A stretch of DNA of 64,000 nt from Somniosus microcephalus (Eukaryota). The notes under the pieces were generated by a model, which saw only the letters and a list, made by a program, of their open reading frames with translations, did not search any database and was not told where the DNA came from. Where the stretch lies: assembly GCA_052327205.1 (NCBI GenBank), contig CM126214.1, forward strand, positions 138,198,001-138,262,000, given 5' to 3'. Shown here piece by piece: positions 1 through 13,525 of the stretch (positions within the stretch are counted from its first letter, which is position 1; each line of letters opens with the position of its first letter). The translations under genes and the position numbers were made by a program.

Positions 1-3000
1 CCATGATGTATGGAAAACATGGGGTGGCTCTTTATGAAAGAATCAGTCAAGGAAAACTAAAGCCAAGGCCAATTGCAAATTGAACCTAGGGCTACCCTTG
101 TCTCTATGGCTCAACTATTCATTCAAGTAATGCACAGCATTCTGGATACACTGCTTTTTAAAAAAAAAAAAACTTCAGTTGGTATTGCTAATTTTATTCC
201 AAATTAAAGGGATACAGGTCCTTACGAAGTTAGATTTGATTTTTAGGCGCACTACTGAGAAACACTCAAAATGCCCATAGTGAAGTTGTAGACCATGAAT
301 TTCTGTATTTTTGACCAAAGCCTGTAATGGAATTGTTTTTTCCTCATTGATGGACAGTGAGGCGAGGGTAGTCTTTTGAGTAAGCTGATCTTAGTGAAAG
401 TGGCAGTTAGGGAACTACATTTGGTTTGTCCTTCAGATTTTTGGAAAGGAGAAGGATAGAGAAAACAAGGGTACCCACTTGTACTCACTATTTCAATACC
501 ATCTTGCTAAACTCCCAGATGTCTGGCTGTTGATTGAAAATAGGATTGGGATCAGCCGCAGTGCTAACAATTGCCGTATAGGGTCATACATCAACAATGG
601 CCATTTGGGATCAGTGTCAGAAGTCTGCAAGAACCCTGGAACAGTACTTCAGAGTGTCTTGTCTCCACTTACTACATCCCCTCAGCAACATGGCCGAGAT
701 TAGTCAGTGGAAGCATTAATCATGGCTACACAATGTTCCACACAATTAATGTTCTGTTGTGGAACAGGGGACAGATTAAAGTACCTTCTTCTGGACACTG
801 TGCCATACTCTGACCATTATTAGTCTGCCGTGAAGTCTTTTAATGACATGTCTTAACTTTTTAAATGGGCACGATCATGAATCATGCAAAATATGAAATT
901 AGTGAAAATAAGCTGGTAAATCAGCAATCATTTCATCCTTTAAAAAGCTGCAGATTTTGTTCAAATAGGTAGCACAAACTTTTCCCTGCATGACCGTAGA
1001 GATTGAGCAAGTTGTTCTAGGAACATAGCCTGCCCAAAAACCTCACTAATAATGCCTTCAAATTCAAACAACTTTCTCAGAATGCAGGACTCCTGGGGAT
1101 TAATCCCTGCTCAGTTGTTAGATATAAAAAACACATTAAATTACTGAAATTATGCAAACATTTTTCCAACCCTGTCCTCTAAAGCTGATGTATTGTACAT
1201 AATAAACACACACCTCATCAGCAAAGCCACATCTAACCAAGAGTATTGTTTATTCTGAAAGTATCCCAATCAACTGTCTGGAAGGTGTGAACAGTTGCTG
1301 AGCAACAATTATCAGTTTTTCATACCCTTCGCTGACACAATTGCCATGCCCTGTATGTGTCCCAAGTAACATTATGACCAGAAAACAGCAGGAGAAATGA
1401 TGATGTTAAAATTCAGGACAGGAAGATGTCATTAGCATTTCTGATATGCCAGGGCCCTTCTCTGGCTACTATGAGCCTTTGCATGACTACTTGTCAGCCT
1501 TCATTGTCATCACTGCTGACAGTGCATACAAGGTGCAAAGCTGCAAGTATGAATAAATTGCATTAAATTAAAAGCCACAAGCTTGATATGTCTCTACAGT
1601 AGCATCACACTCTTGTCAGGCATGATCCTTTCTGAGCAGCTGGCTTTATTTTTCAGACATCAACCAGCTTCATCAAGCAGCAAGTCAGGCAATATGGAAT
1701 GTCACCACCTTGATCGGGGCAACTGATACAAAAAATAACAGGAAATGAGTGGCACCAGAACTTTCCCGTCTCCTCTGGACAAAAAAAAAAATCAGTGTGA
1801 TGAACAAGCAGTGATTGGAAACATCATGGGCTAATCAAGTTTGCTGAGTGTAATGCATTTCCTATGTCACTCCTGATCTTCCATCCAACACACTACTCTG
1901 CCCCAGAGAATGCTGTCACAGACCAACAAGACCGGTTTTGTAATTCAAAGAGCTCAAAGATACTTTGGGCTTGAAGACATAGTGGTTCCTGCTGCCTACA
2001 TTAGCAAGTGTAAAGTGAAGGTTGGATCAGTGACACCTTCTCATTCAAAACTCATTTCCAGTGGAAATGCAGTTAAAAGATTCAGCAGGGTAATTATTCC
2101 TATAGTTTACATGCTATCAGTTTTCAGTCCTGTAACACTGACATGGCACAAATTTAATCTGAAGATTGATGCTACAGATTTAACCTGAATCTTCATTTAA
2201 TCCGTCACTTTTGCAAGTCAATAATTGACTTCAACACAACTGAAGATCAGCAGTTTGTAGACAAGTTCAGAGGAAATCATAATGAGGTTGCTGGTCCAAA
2301 GCAGATGGTGTTGTCAGAAGTTCAGCTTGTGTAAACACTCCTTCACTCTGCGTACATGTTCTGTTTAGAGGTTTGTTCAAATAAGCCAACAACATTGATG
2401 TTTTATAAATTTTTTTATATTAAACACAGGATTGCATAGGATATACGGCACAGAAACAGGCCATCCAGCCCATGCCGATGTTTATGCTTCACTCGAGTTT
2501 CTTTCCGTCTTTCCTCAGCTAACTATGGGCATAACCCTCTATTCCCTTCTCCCTCATATGCTTGTCTAGCCTCCCCTTAAATGCATCTATACTATTCGCT
2601 TCAACCACTCCGTGGTAGCGAGTTCCACATTCTCACCACTCTCTGGGTAAAGAAGTTACTTCTGAATTCCTTATTCGATTTCTTGGTGACTATCCTATAT
2701 TGATGGCCTCAAGTTTTGCTCTTCCCCACAAACGGAAACACTATCTACTCTATCAAAAGCCTTCATAACTTTAAAGACCTCTATTAGGTCATCTCTCAGC
2801 CTTCTCTTTTCAAGAGGAAAAAAAAGACCCAGCCTGTTCATCCTTTTCCAATAGGCATACCCTCGCCTTTCTGGTATCATCCTTGTTAATCTTTTTTGCA
2901 CCCTATTCAGTGCCTCTATATCCTTTTTATAACATGGTGACCAGAATTGTACGCAGTACTCAAGGGTGGTCTAAATAAGGTTCGATACAAGTTTAGCATA

Positions 3001-3298
3001 ACTTCCCTACTTTTCAATTCAATCCCTCTAGAAATAAACCCTAGTGCTTGGTTTGCTTTTTTAATGGCCTTGTTAACCTGTGTTGCTACTTTCAGTGATT
3101 TGTGTATTTGTACTCAGAGATCCCTTTGCTCTTCTACCCCACTTCCGTTTCATATTTTCCAAGTAATGTGTGACCTCCCTATTTTTCTTACTAAAATGGA
3201 AATTTATTAATGTCGTCTTGTAATTTGTTGCAGTCCTCCTTAGTATTGACTATCCCCCCCCGCCCCCCGTTTGGTGTCATCTGCAAATTTAGAAATAA

Positions 3299-3692
3299 GG
3301 GGCGCGATCTTGCCAGCCCTGGGGAGGCGGGACTGCCGGGAAAATGGCAGAATCTGGGGGCGGGTGTCCATTCCGCCCCCAACCCACCTCCGTGCCATCT
3401 TCCCAGGAAGCGGGTAGCCAACCCGCGCCGGGTCCAGTCTCCTGGAGGCGGGAAGGGGATTACAGCCACTTAACTGCCTACAGGCAGTTAATAGGATTAT
3501 CCCCATTTTTCCACCAGAGATGCAGGCTTCCCCATCAAAAAAATGAAACGTCATACGCTGACCTTCTCTGTAATCGACTTAAGATCAGTCAAGGGAAAAT
3601 AGCGTGGGTTGGCCACAAGTCGATGGGGCGGGACTAATATCCGACAAGCAGCAGTCCCACCTCCAATGTGCCCCCATTGACAAAATTGCCCC
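3299..3692. mobile_element. GC-rich MITE-like insertion (possibly PIF/Harbinger-type ends)
   Basis: Interrupts the CR1 RT cleanly. Imperfect TIRs GGGGCGCGATCTTGCCA and TGACAAAATTGCCCC. TSD not clear. Confidence 0.6.
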
Positions 3693-3781
3693 GTGTTTTT
3701 GATTCCAAAATCTAAATTGTTAATATAAATTGTAAACAACAGTGGTCCCAGCACTGATCTTTGTGGAACACCACTTCCCAC

Positions 3782-4937
3782 TGTTAGAAATCAGGGGTGT
3801 TCAAAATGTATATGGTTATGCAAACAAAATTGTGACACGAATAATGCGGTGTTTACATGATGGTTTTAGAACTGGAGACAAAAAGTCTCTTCAGACTAGT
3901 ATTAGAATAACTGGATAGAGGCTTAGAATCAGCTTGTGTTTTGGTTCTCTGCAGATGTTATAGCATTCTGCAGTGTGATGGTCATAAATAATCTTGTTTC
4001 CAAGCTAATTATCTGCTGTTTTCTAGCTAGGATTTCAACCTTGTTTGTGTATCTCCAATTGGACCAACTAAGGCTCAATGCCCACTTTTCTTTTATTATT
4101 GCTAATAACCATGATACAGTATAATGCTACGGTAGGAATTGGAATGCTACGGTAGGAATTGGAGTTAGCTTAACAAAATTGCTTGTGAAGATAATTAAAA
4201 GTTAATTAGTATAAAAGACATAAAATAAAAAGGAATTTAGGGGAGTTAAGGTATTCATCTCAGGATGGGGCGGTTTGCTAGATGAAAGTGAGATAACAAC
4301 TAGCTGAAGTGGGACACATAACTAAAAGGGTACAAGGCCAGGCCTAGTACCAAATGTGCCAGGGAAGATAGGGACCAGGGAGATAAGACATGAATTCCAA
4401 AAGGAAGAACCGTCAGAAAGATTAAACAATAAGACAAATTGGATGAGATCATGAGACCCCTTTTGGGGAAGGCATTCATCCAAGAATTGAGACACAGAAC
4501 TCGATGCCCAATTGGGTACAGAGGTTTTAGGGGAGCCTCTAAGTTAGATGGTCTTTTCAATAATTTGGCTTCAGGCCCACCCCTAAAAAGAGAATAAAAG
4601 TAACACTGAGTGCTTACGCACACAGACGGTGGAGGGAAGAGCCAAGCAGAAGTTAGGCTGGTCGAACGCTCTTTCGAGTGATCCCACTCTCACCATCAGA
4701 GGTTCTAGACGAGAAGAAAGGCCGCAAGCCAGAGAACTGTTCACGCACGCCAGCCATCTGTCCGATCGGGACCAGTACCAGCTGCTTGTCACAGTTGTAT
4801 GTTTTTGCTGTATAACCAGCATGTTACATTCCATCTTAAACTCTGATTAAACACAATATACCCACCATATTGGTTTGCAGTCGATCCTGATTATTTGAAA
4901 GACTAGAGATAAGCTACTAATTGGCCTAATCGCCACA
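3782..4937 (+). mobile_element. Probable solo LTR (1156 bp; ERV- or Gypsy-like)
   Basis: Starts TGTTAG and ends CCACA. Flanks CCAC/CCAT form a 4-bp TSD with one mismatch, and removing the insert restores the CR1. ATTAAA near 4846. Internal 20-bp tandem duplication at about 4123-4162. Confidence 0.72.
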
Positions 4938-5411
4938 CCATCTTCTGCCACTCTGAATAGCTACCTTTACCCTAACAAAAGAAATGCAAATTAAAGTGGC
5001 TGGTATGTAGCTGAAGCACTTAGTTTGCCAGAAGTCCATGTCATTGTGCGGTGTGTGCGTGGAGGGGTGGTGAGGGGGGGGGGGTATGGCTGAGGAAAAA
5101 GAAAGTAAGAATATCTAGTGATCAGGGTTAATGATAGTATTAAAATGAAAAATGAAATATAGTTACTGATCTGCTAGGCAGCATCTAAAGTAAAAATTAC
5201 ATTTTAAAATTGTGGTGCTGAGAGGGGCTTAAATTAATATCGGGATCCAGTAAAATATGGGCACTCATTTTAATCCCCCACTTTCCTTGAACCATTTCCC
5301 CCATAGATCACCATTTAAAAAATGTAAACACTAATGTAATAAAATCTTCATGAACGGATACGGATCAGACTGCAAAAAATGTTTACAATAAACTCAACAA
5401 ACCACACCTAC

Positions 5412-7139
5412 CTTCTTGTCCAATATTAGGATCTCTACTATTACTGGGTCCACAAGTACTATACAGTGAAGCAAGATCTTGCGGGTTGTAGGACTTCAAA
5501 ATTTTCAATACATTCCAATGCGAGTCAACTCCATTTGAATCCAAGGCTGATTCTGGCTTAGATGATACCCCGGAGTTTCTTGACTGAACAGGGGACATCT
5601 CCTGAGATAATAATTTAACATTTCTTCCTTGGACACCCCTCCTTGTTCCAAATGTAAGCTGATCATTTCTTAAAGGACTGTTTACTTTCATTCTTTTAGC
5701 TGTAGGCTCATGCGAGTCCAAGCCTCCCTGATTCTCTGACACATTAGTAAGACACATTTTGCTAACATTTGGCGCCCAAAGACTATCATATCTAAACAAA
5801 GGTCCCCTAGGTCCATCAGATTCGTAGTCCAACTTAATGCCAGGCCTTTCCAACATATTTCTCTTACTATTACCAGCTTCTGAGGATTCACTTCTTTCCA
5901 TTTTTTGCACCACATCTGGCATTTGCCTAAGTTCAGTATGTATGGATCCATAGTTTTCTAGATGTACATTAGGATTTTGGGTAGCCTTGAATGCTTTAAA
6001 TTCGCCTGAAGATCTAGATCCTGCTGCAGAGGGAAGGAGATTATTGCACAGAGATTGGTGTGATGATGATGATGGTGATTTTGCCTTCCCAAGCAGCACG
6101 TTTGAAGCATCTGGTGAAGCTGCTGGTAGTGGTGACCTGGTCCGACGAGAAAACTTTCTGTTCATTTCTTTGGTGGCAAGCAAAGAAGAAACATCTTGAC
6201 CTAATAGTGCAGGAGGGCATCCAGTGCGTCTGCTTTTAACTGACCCACCACGAACAGCACTTCGAATTCCATTTATTGGACTTGGGTCAGGATTATATTT
6301 GTGTACCAACCTTTGGTGCATCACTAAGACCTCTGGGTACAAAGTTCTGTAAGTACAAAATGGACACGTGTTGCTCAGTAAGGCACTCTTGGAAACTGAG
6401 GTAGATGCATTTCCCAGAGGACTACCACCACTACACAGGCTTTGCTGATATATTGTGGTGCAGAGATTCAAGGGCTTTTCCAATAAGCTGGATTCAAATC
6501 TATCACAGTCGTCCTCCATATTACCTCTAGCACTAATGTAGCATTGGTCATTTATTGAAGCAGATTCCAACTTTATGCTTCTAGCATTATTCTGTTGCAC
6601 ACCATCTTCTGACAGTTCTTCCATTAAACATTCCTCCAAAACCTTGGACTCGTCTAGGTCTATAACCGCCTTTGGATCAGAGTCACTCCTGTGGAACTCA
6701 CTCACCACCTTTTCATCCTTTGATTTCTCACGATATGGCAGCACTGCATTACAGAAGATCCGGCGATTGTTATGAAAACTAGTATTCCTGTTCAAGTCTG
6801 GGAACGGTCTATTCATATTTGAAAACATAACATTTTGAAAAATCGGACGAGAAGAATGAGTAGGTTTGAGTTTCCTCCGAGGAAAGTCTGCATCTAAATC
6901 TTTGGCACTGCCCAAAGAATCTGTAATCAACTTCTTCGAGTCCACAGATTCCTGAACAGATTCATCACTTCCTTTTGGTACGACTTCCAATTTCGGAGAT
7001 GCCATTGAACTCTTCAGAGGATCACTCTTTTCTTCAGCCTTTTTCTGCTCACCCTTGTGGTGTCGCTCCAAGTGATATTTAAGTGAGGTCTTTTGAGCTG
7101 CAGCATAGTCACAGAGAGGACATCTATGGGGTTTTTCAC
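5412..7139 (-). CDS. ZNF217: ZNF217 large coding exon (1728 bp; two fingers and CtBP-binding motifs)
   Basis: Acceptor TTTTGCTTCAG|GT. Reads GEKPHRCPLCDYAAAQKTSLKYHLERHHK...KPLNLC...CPFCTYRTLYPEVLVMHQRLVHKY...RRTGCPPALLG. Donor GAAG|GTAGGT at 5412/5411. Next exon not identified in 1-5411. Confidence 0.93.
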
Positions 7140-8336
7140 CTGAAGCAAAAACAAGAAAAAGGTTTTAAATATACTATATTTAGGGTCTACCAATCGTTAC
7201 ACTACAATTCACAATCACACCCAAAAATCACATTTTTGTCACGAGTCCTACCCTCTGTAATTGATTTTAATACCGTTTCAATCTTGCATATCCATGCTCT
7301 ACCTGGAAGGGAGAAAAGAGTGCTTAAAACATCTAATGCATGATGAACCAGAGATAGACCTCTCCTAAAGAGAAAATAAAAATTTCACAACTCTGGTTTG
7401 TTTTGGTGGTTGGGAGGGAGTTGGGGGGGGGGGGAAAGAGAAAATGAAACTGCAAAGCTGGGGTTGGGTTAGTTTTTTTTTATATAAAAGTACAACTTAA
7501 GGCAACCAAGAATCATTAATGACTGCCATGGAGTTCTCCACAGGTCAGGCTTCAGCATACCCACCTGGCCATGAATACCAAGGAGATAGGGTCAGAATGT
7601 GGACATAGCTATCAAGGGGAGACGGTTAAAAAGTCTAATGTGGAGCAGTGAACGGTGCCGAGCACACAACAGTTTCGGACACCGGAGGTCCTCAGTGAGC
7701 CATGAAAATGCCAGAATCTTTAAAAGTCAATAGTGCTGCATTTCAAGTTACCCCATTGGGATGATGCAGAGAATAAGTGGGTTTATTAAACAATAAATTG
7801 GGTAAAATTATTACAGATGGTCAGGATATGCCAGATATTTTGAATGGATTTTTCACATCACAAAATGAGGACTGCAGGCTAACTATAGTAAATGGGATTA
7901 AGCCGTCCATAACACATAAAAGCTAGTAAAGATGGTGCTGAGCAAAAACTGGAAGGATGAGATGGCTACAAGGCTTCTAGGCCAGAAGGGATTAATTCCT
8001 TGAGGATTCTGGAATGTACAGTATGATGAAATTCATCATTTTTTTGCTGATAAAATATTGGAGTAGTGCCTAAAGACCGGAAGATAGAAAGTGTACGTTT
8101 GATATTTAAAAGAGTAGCAAGTGCGACAAATTTCAGGTCTGCCTTAAATATTCTATCAGCCACAGAAGTGTTGGTCACTCCTGAAAGTGGTCCATTATCC
8201 AGGGGTCTGGATATCCAGTTATACAATAGTGTAACCCAGGGCTATAACAATAGAGCCCCCTTTGTAATCTGAACTGGATAGGACGTCTTTCCACATCCCA
8301 TCTTTCAGTGGGTGGACTGAAACACTTGTGATATGA

Positions 8337-8710
8337 GGCTACTGACCATAGAGCACATATACCAGAAACGCTGTTTACGGAGGTCACGTACCATCATCAA
8401 AGACCCTACCCACCCCAGCCACAGTCTGTTCGCCCTCCTGCCATCTGGGAGACACTACAGATGCATTTGCACCCGAACGACCAGATTTAGGAACAGCTTC
8501 TTTCCTAGGGCTGTCATCCTACTGAACTCCACAAATAAACTCTAAAGCCTGCACATCTGCCAATGCACTTTATTATGTTTATGTTAATGTATTACAAGCC
8601 AAATAAATGTTGAATGTTTAAATGTCTTAATCTAAATGTACACTCTCGGGAGCCGCAAACCTACATTTTGTTGTACTGCACTTGTGCACTAACAATGACA
8701 ATAAAGTTGA
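8337..8710 (+). mobile_element. Rex1/Babar-type LINE 3' end
   Basis: IIKDPTHPSHSLFALLPSGRHYR..RTTRFRNSFFPRAV is the typical C-terminus, followed by a 3' UTR ending GACAATAAAG. Confidence 0.85.
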
Positions 8711-9749
8711 TACTGCCAGTGATTCTACCTCAACCAGTTTCAGGTCCCTCTGTCCACATTAATGGACTTACTTAAGTTTTCCTACTGCATCATCAGGTTC
8801 TGACCAGTTCCAGGCTTGAAATGGGCCAGCTTTCCTCGCTAGGCCATGCTGCCTTCTCCAATCTAACTGGCTGACTGACTTTACACTAGTCTCTTCCCTC
8901 CTTTTTTCTCGGTTCTTTCACAGAAAGCGGAAGGGCACGGTCTCCAACTCCTGCCTCATCCAGAGATGTGCCAGCAGGCCCGTCAACCAAACTGACTACC
9001 CCTTCCCCCCCCGCCCCCACCCCCCCAAAGAGTACATGATCAGCAGACACCTCATGAATAGAAATCAGTCCCACCATAATGTGTGAATATTAATTAGGCC
9101 ACCCAAAAGCAGATAATGATTCTCTTAATATTGCCAGTCGTTGTGGTAGCCTCTATAATGCTTGGCTCATTAACACCTTAAACCCTCTTGGTCTCAGTGG
9201 CTGGTTAACACCTTAGTCTCAGTGGCTGGAGCCTGCGGCTTTTTAAACCTGTGGAAATTCAGCGTGTTTTAAAACATGCACTTAAAAATAAGCTTCCCAA
9301 ATACTTGGTGGAAAAGAAAATTAAAAATCCCAAAAATGAGCAGCAGCAAGGCATTAAGCCACTAATTAAAGGCTAATTAGCCCAATACAAATTATTGGGG
9401 GGGGGAGAGAAGAGAACAAATTCCTGGAGGTAACTAATTTAGATAGGTAATTCTCCTTCCTTGCTCCATCAGTGGAGATGCCTTCAGCCACCTTTACTCA
9501 TTAACTCTGCCAACTCCCTCACCATCTTCGAAAACTCATTACTCTTCTCATTCCCTTGTTTGTTGTCCACTTATTTACTTTCACCCTGTAAAATGCTTGG
9601 AGATGTCGCTTTGCACATAATGATCAATACAGAAATGAGTGTTGTGTGGCCAAGGATAATCCAGTAAATGCAATTTCCTTGGATTTTCGGAAGTAGTTCA
9701 ACAAAAGATCCTCACGAGATGTTAACAGGCAAGATTAATGCTCATAGAA

Positions 9750-10335
9750 GGAAGTTATGAACCACCTTTATAAAACACTGGCTCGGCCTCAACTGAATTA
9801 TTGTGTTCATTTCTGGGCACCGCACTTTAGGATAGAGGTGAAGGCCTTAGAGAGGGTGCAGAAAAGATTTACAAGAATGGTTCCAGGGATGAGGGACTTC
9901 AGTTACGTGGATAGACTGGAGAAGTTGGGGTTATTTTCCTTAGAGCAGAGAAGGCTGAGAGGAGATTTGATAGAAGTGTTCAAAATCATGAGGGTTCTAG
10001 ACAGTAGATAGAAAGAAACTGTTCCCACTGGCGGAAGGGTCGAGAACCAGAGGACACAGATTTAAGGTGATTGGCAGAAGGACCAAGGCGACATGGGGAA
10101 AAACGATTTTATGCAGTGAGTGGGTATGATCTGGAATACACTGCCCGAAAGGCTGGTGGAAGCAGATTCAATCACAGCTCTCAAAAGAGGAATTGGATAA
10201 GTACCGGAAGGAAAAAAATTTGCAGGACTACCGGGAAAGGGCAGGGAGTGGAACTAGCTGAAATGCTCTTGGAGAGCCAGCACGGGCTCGACAGGCTGAA
10301 TGGCCTCCTTCTATGCTGTAACTATTATATGATTC
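9750..10335 (+). mobile_element. Younger CR1 3' end
   Basis: LYKTLARPQLNYCVHFWAP...LEQRRLRGDLIEVFKIM, then the tail GGCTGAATGGCCTCCTTCTATGCTGTAA. Confidence 0.92.
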
Positions 10336-11829
10336 TACAAATAATCAACAAATTGCCTAGAAGGGTAAAGAATTGGCTTAACAAAGATAGACGAAAGATG
10401 GTAAATGGAAAATTCAGTGTCACGGGAAAAAATAGCCAGTGCTATTTTACAGGTAACTGTTCTGTGACCCCTACTGTTTGTGAACGATAAGGAAAAGGGA
10501 GTTTGTACTAACATATTAAATTGGCTAATGACACAAAGCTAAGTGGGCAAATAACAAGTAGAAAAGGGACTTCAAATGGAAAGGGAAAAAAAGTCGGGAC
10601 GGGAGTATAACGGGTGGTCAATCTGCAACTGTCAAAAGTTAATGAGGCCTTGATTATTTTCAGAAAGATTTGTACCATTTAAGTAGATTGTCAGATAAGG
10701 CTGATGGATTTTAATGTGGATAATGGTACTGTACTGAATTATGGGAACAAGCAACAGTAAATGTGTTTAATATGCAAGAGTCCTATTTTGTCATTCTACT
10801 GGCAGAGGCTGAAAATTAGGATTGGAGAGTGATTGGAGAGTGATTGATAGATAATACACTGAAAGCATCTGGCCAGCAATAAGGCAAATTGGGTACTGGA
10901 TGCATCTGGAGGGTCAAAATGAGTTGTACTGAAATTGTACAGGAGAATTATGGAGTATGGCATATAGCTTGGTTACTGCACCGGAAAAAGAATAAGGATT
11001 TATTGGAAAGGGCTCAGAAGTGTCCAGGATTATTTTAGGCCTTAGGAGTTGAAGTCAACAAGAAAGTCTAAAGCAACAAAAAAGCTTACTTTCAGTGAAA
11101 TAAAGACATAAATGACTAAAATAATGAAAGCTGGAGATAAGGTTGAGATGTGCATAAAACTAGAGGACAGCAGTACAAAATTCACAGGCCTTGAGCAAAT
11201 TTAGATATTAAATTACAAAGTTTTTACCCAATAGGAGAGCAGATGTTTGAAACAGACTTCGAGAAGATATGGGTCCATTGATATTTAAAAAAGGGAGATG
11301 GATCACTATCTATTGAGAAGATAGATTATGACATAATAACAGCACTGCCACTGGCAAGAAGTGAATGAAAAATCTGATTGGAACCGTAAAACAATCCAAA
11401 TTAAGTTTGCTAATTAGACCCTTAGCAATTGCTCAGCATGGCAGTAAATACAATTCATGCATTCCATAGGTGAAGACATGATTGGCCAGCATTTTCCAAA
11501 ACTCCCCTTTTATGCAGCAGTGGACATAGGGGGAATGAAGTAGGAAATGAGCAAGTAGTGGTCAGGGAGGAAAAACAGAGGGAGCAGCCCATGATAGAAT
11601 GATAATGGACTCTGGATGGAGTAGACTTGATGACCCAAAGGCCGTTTTCCACTCCAGACTTTAATGTTCTTAAGCACTTTAGATATTCTTTGTAGATCCC
11701 AAGTTCCCAACCCATGTATGGTTCCAGCCTGGTTTTCATTTATAGCTTTGTAACAAACAGAGATACCTTTTATTCTATATCAAGTCAATAGCACCATTAT
11801 TTGGCAGTGTTTAAGCCATTTACAAAATA

Positions 11830-12193
11830 CAGGAAACTTTGTGCTATCCGGCACTGACGGGACCGAGCTGTTGCCGTTCCCTCAAAACTGCCGGACAAAC
11901 CAGCGTTAATGTTGAAGCATACGGAGCTTTTTAGCTCCGTATCTGGCAACAAACACTGTTGCTTAGCAACAGCTTCTAAACAGTCGGCCGTACCTTGGAA
12001 GCGTCTGTCGCTTAGCAACAGCTTCAGAGAGACTTTGCGGAGCCTGACTGTTGTGTGTGTTTGGGGGGGGGGGGGGGGAAAAAAGAGGAGAAAGCCACGA
12101 GAAGGGAAAAAAACCTAACAAAACGGTTCCTGATTTTTGCCGGTGGCTCGAGCTTGCTGGACATTTAGCCTCCGGATAACACAAAGTTTCCTG
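11830..12193. mobile_element. Tc1/mariner (pogo/Tigger-like) MITE, 364 bp
   Basis: 22-bp TIRs CAGGAAACTTTGTGCTATCCGG and CCGGATAACACAAAGTTTCCTG (1 mismatch), with TA on both sides. Confidence 0.85.
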
Positions 12194-12218
12194 TACTGAG
12201 GATTTCTGAAATATTTCA

Positions 12219-12422
<204 letters not shown>

Positions 12423-13261
12423 TCATTCCACATGAGAGCAATTTCCTTTCTGGCAATTTTATCCTAATCCAAGAGGATGAACCATTTACCAATTGTACAT
12501 TAAATCTACAGCAAAAAGTGTGTATAATAAAAGTACTTCTAAATGACATTTTCAATTTAACAGGTGTGACTGCAAGAAAATTAGTTTTATTCTTAGAATA
12601 GCAGATGCACCTGGGTCCCAAAAAAAAACCGTGTAATGAGGCAAAAAGTTGCAAAGTTACAAAAACATACCTACCTCCGAGAACTCCCATCATAAAAGTA
12701 TTAAACCAGTTGACTACTCAAGACCAGAATTAATTTTGTTACCTCCCGTCTCTCGCGCCCTCACCCCCAAAACAAAAAAGGGCAAATGTCATTATAGGTG
12801 GACATTAGAATGTTGATCTTCGAAATACAGCAGTGTCTCTGCAGAAGATACACTAGACATTGCTCAACCATAATCAATACTTGGATCACCAACTCTCACG
12901 CCTTCATCTATGCTGTCCAATTACAATTTGCCTGCCTATCACACCAATTACACACGCAACTTACTGACTGAGAAATATATTCACTGTGGTTCATAATTTG
13001 CATCGATTTAAATTGGCAAGTGAATCAAAATGAAAATCAAAAATCCAATTGGCTAATTAGATCCTTTGCAGCTGCTCAACATGGCAGCATGTTCAATTCA
13101 TGCATTCTATGGGTGTGGGCATTATTGTCTTGAGCTTTCCAATGTTAGCAGCAAAGCTCCCCTTTTATGCTGCAGTCCAAGGGATACTGCTGATTTAAAG
13201 GGCTTCAATAAAACTACAGGAAAATGCAATGTGATGCAGCACTGAGCGCAACAGGGTGGTC

Positions 13262-13525
13262 CCAAGGTCCCCATCTGCTCTCAGGTGGATGTAAAAGATT
13301 CATGGCACTATTTTGAAGAGCAGGGGAGTTATCCCCAGTGTTCTGGCCAATATTTGTCCCTCAAATCAACAAAACAGATTATCTGGTCATTATCACATTG
13401 CTGTTTGTGGGAGCTTGCCACATTACAACAGTGACTACACATCAAAAGTACTTCATTGGCTGTAAAGCACTTTGGGATGTCCCGAGGTCGTGAAAGGCAC
13501 TATATAAATACAAGTCTTTTCTTTT
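13262..13525 (+). mobile_element. Deu-domain SINE (SacSINE1-like), 5'-truncated
   Basis: GTAAAAGATTCATGGCACTATTTTGAAGAGCAGGGG...CTGGCCAATATT core plus an L2-like tail GGCACTATATAAATACAAGT. Confidence 0.78.

Larger units (their letters stand above)
2430..4976 (-). mobile_element. CR1 LINE 3' fragment, interrupted by a MITE and a solo LTR
   Basis: Peptides [28 protein letters not shown] and LEKRRLRDDLIEVFK. CR1 3' UTR near 2430. Sequence resumes at 4942. Confidence 0.88.
7760..11330 (+). mobile_element. Old decayed CR1 ORF2, fragmented by younger inserts
   Basis: Degenerate CR1 motifs in order: GVVPKDRKI/IFK at about 8060-8150, FLDF..FNK at about 9670-9750, KNWLN..MVNG at about 10360-10410, ANDTKL at about 10520. 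Confidence 0.6.

Noticed and set aside
1-2400. Search for the last ZNF217 exon; faint LINE-like traces
   Set aside because: No convincing acceptor plus ZNF217-like peptide was found, and the traces are too decayed to classify by eye.
5383-5411. ORF tail RCGLLSLL* as the true C-terminus (similarly 17738-17814 and 12216-12247)
   Set aside because: These follow strong GT donors at the expected positions and are best read as intron read-through.
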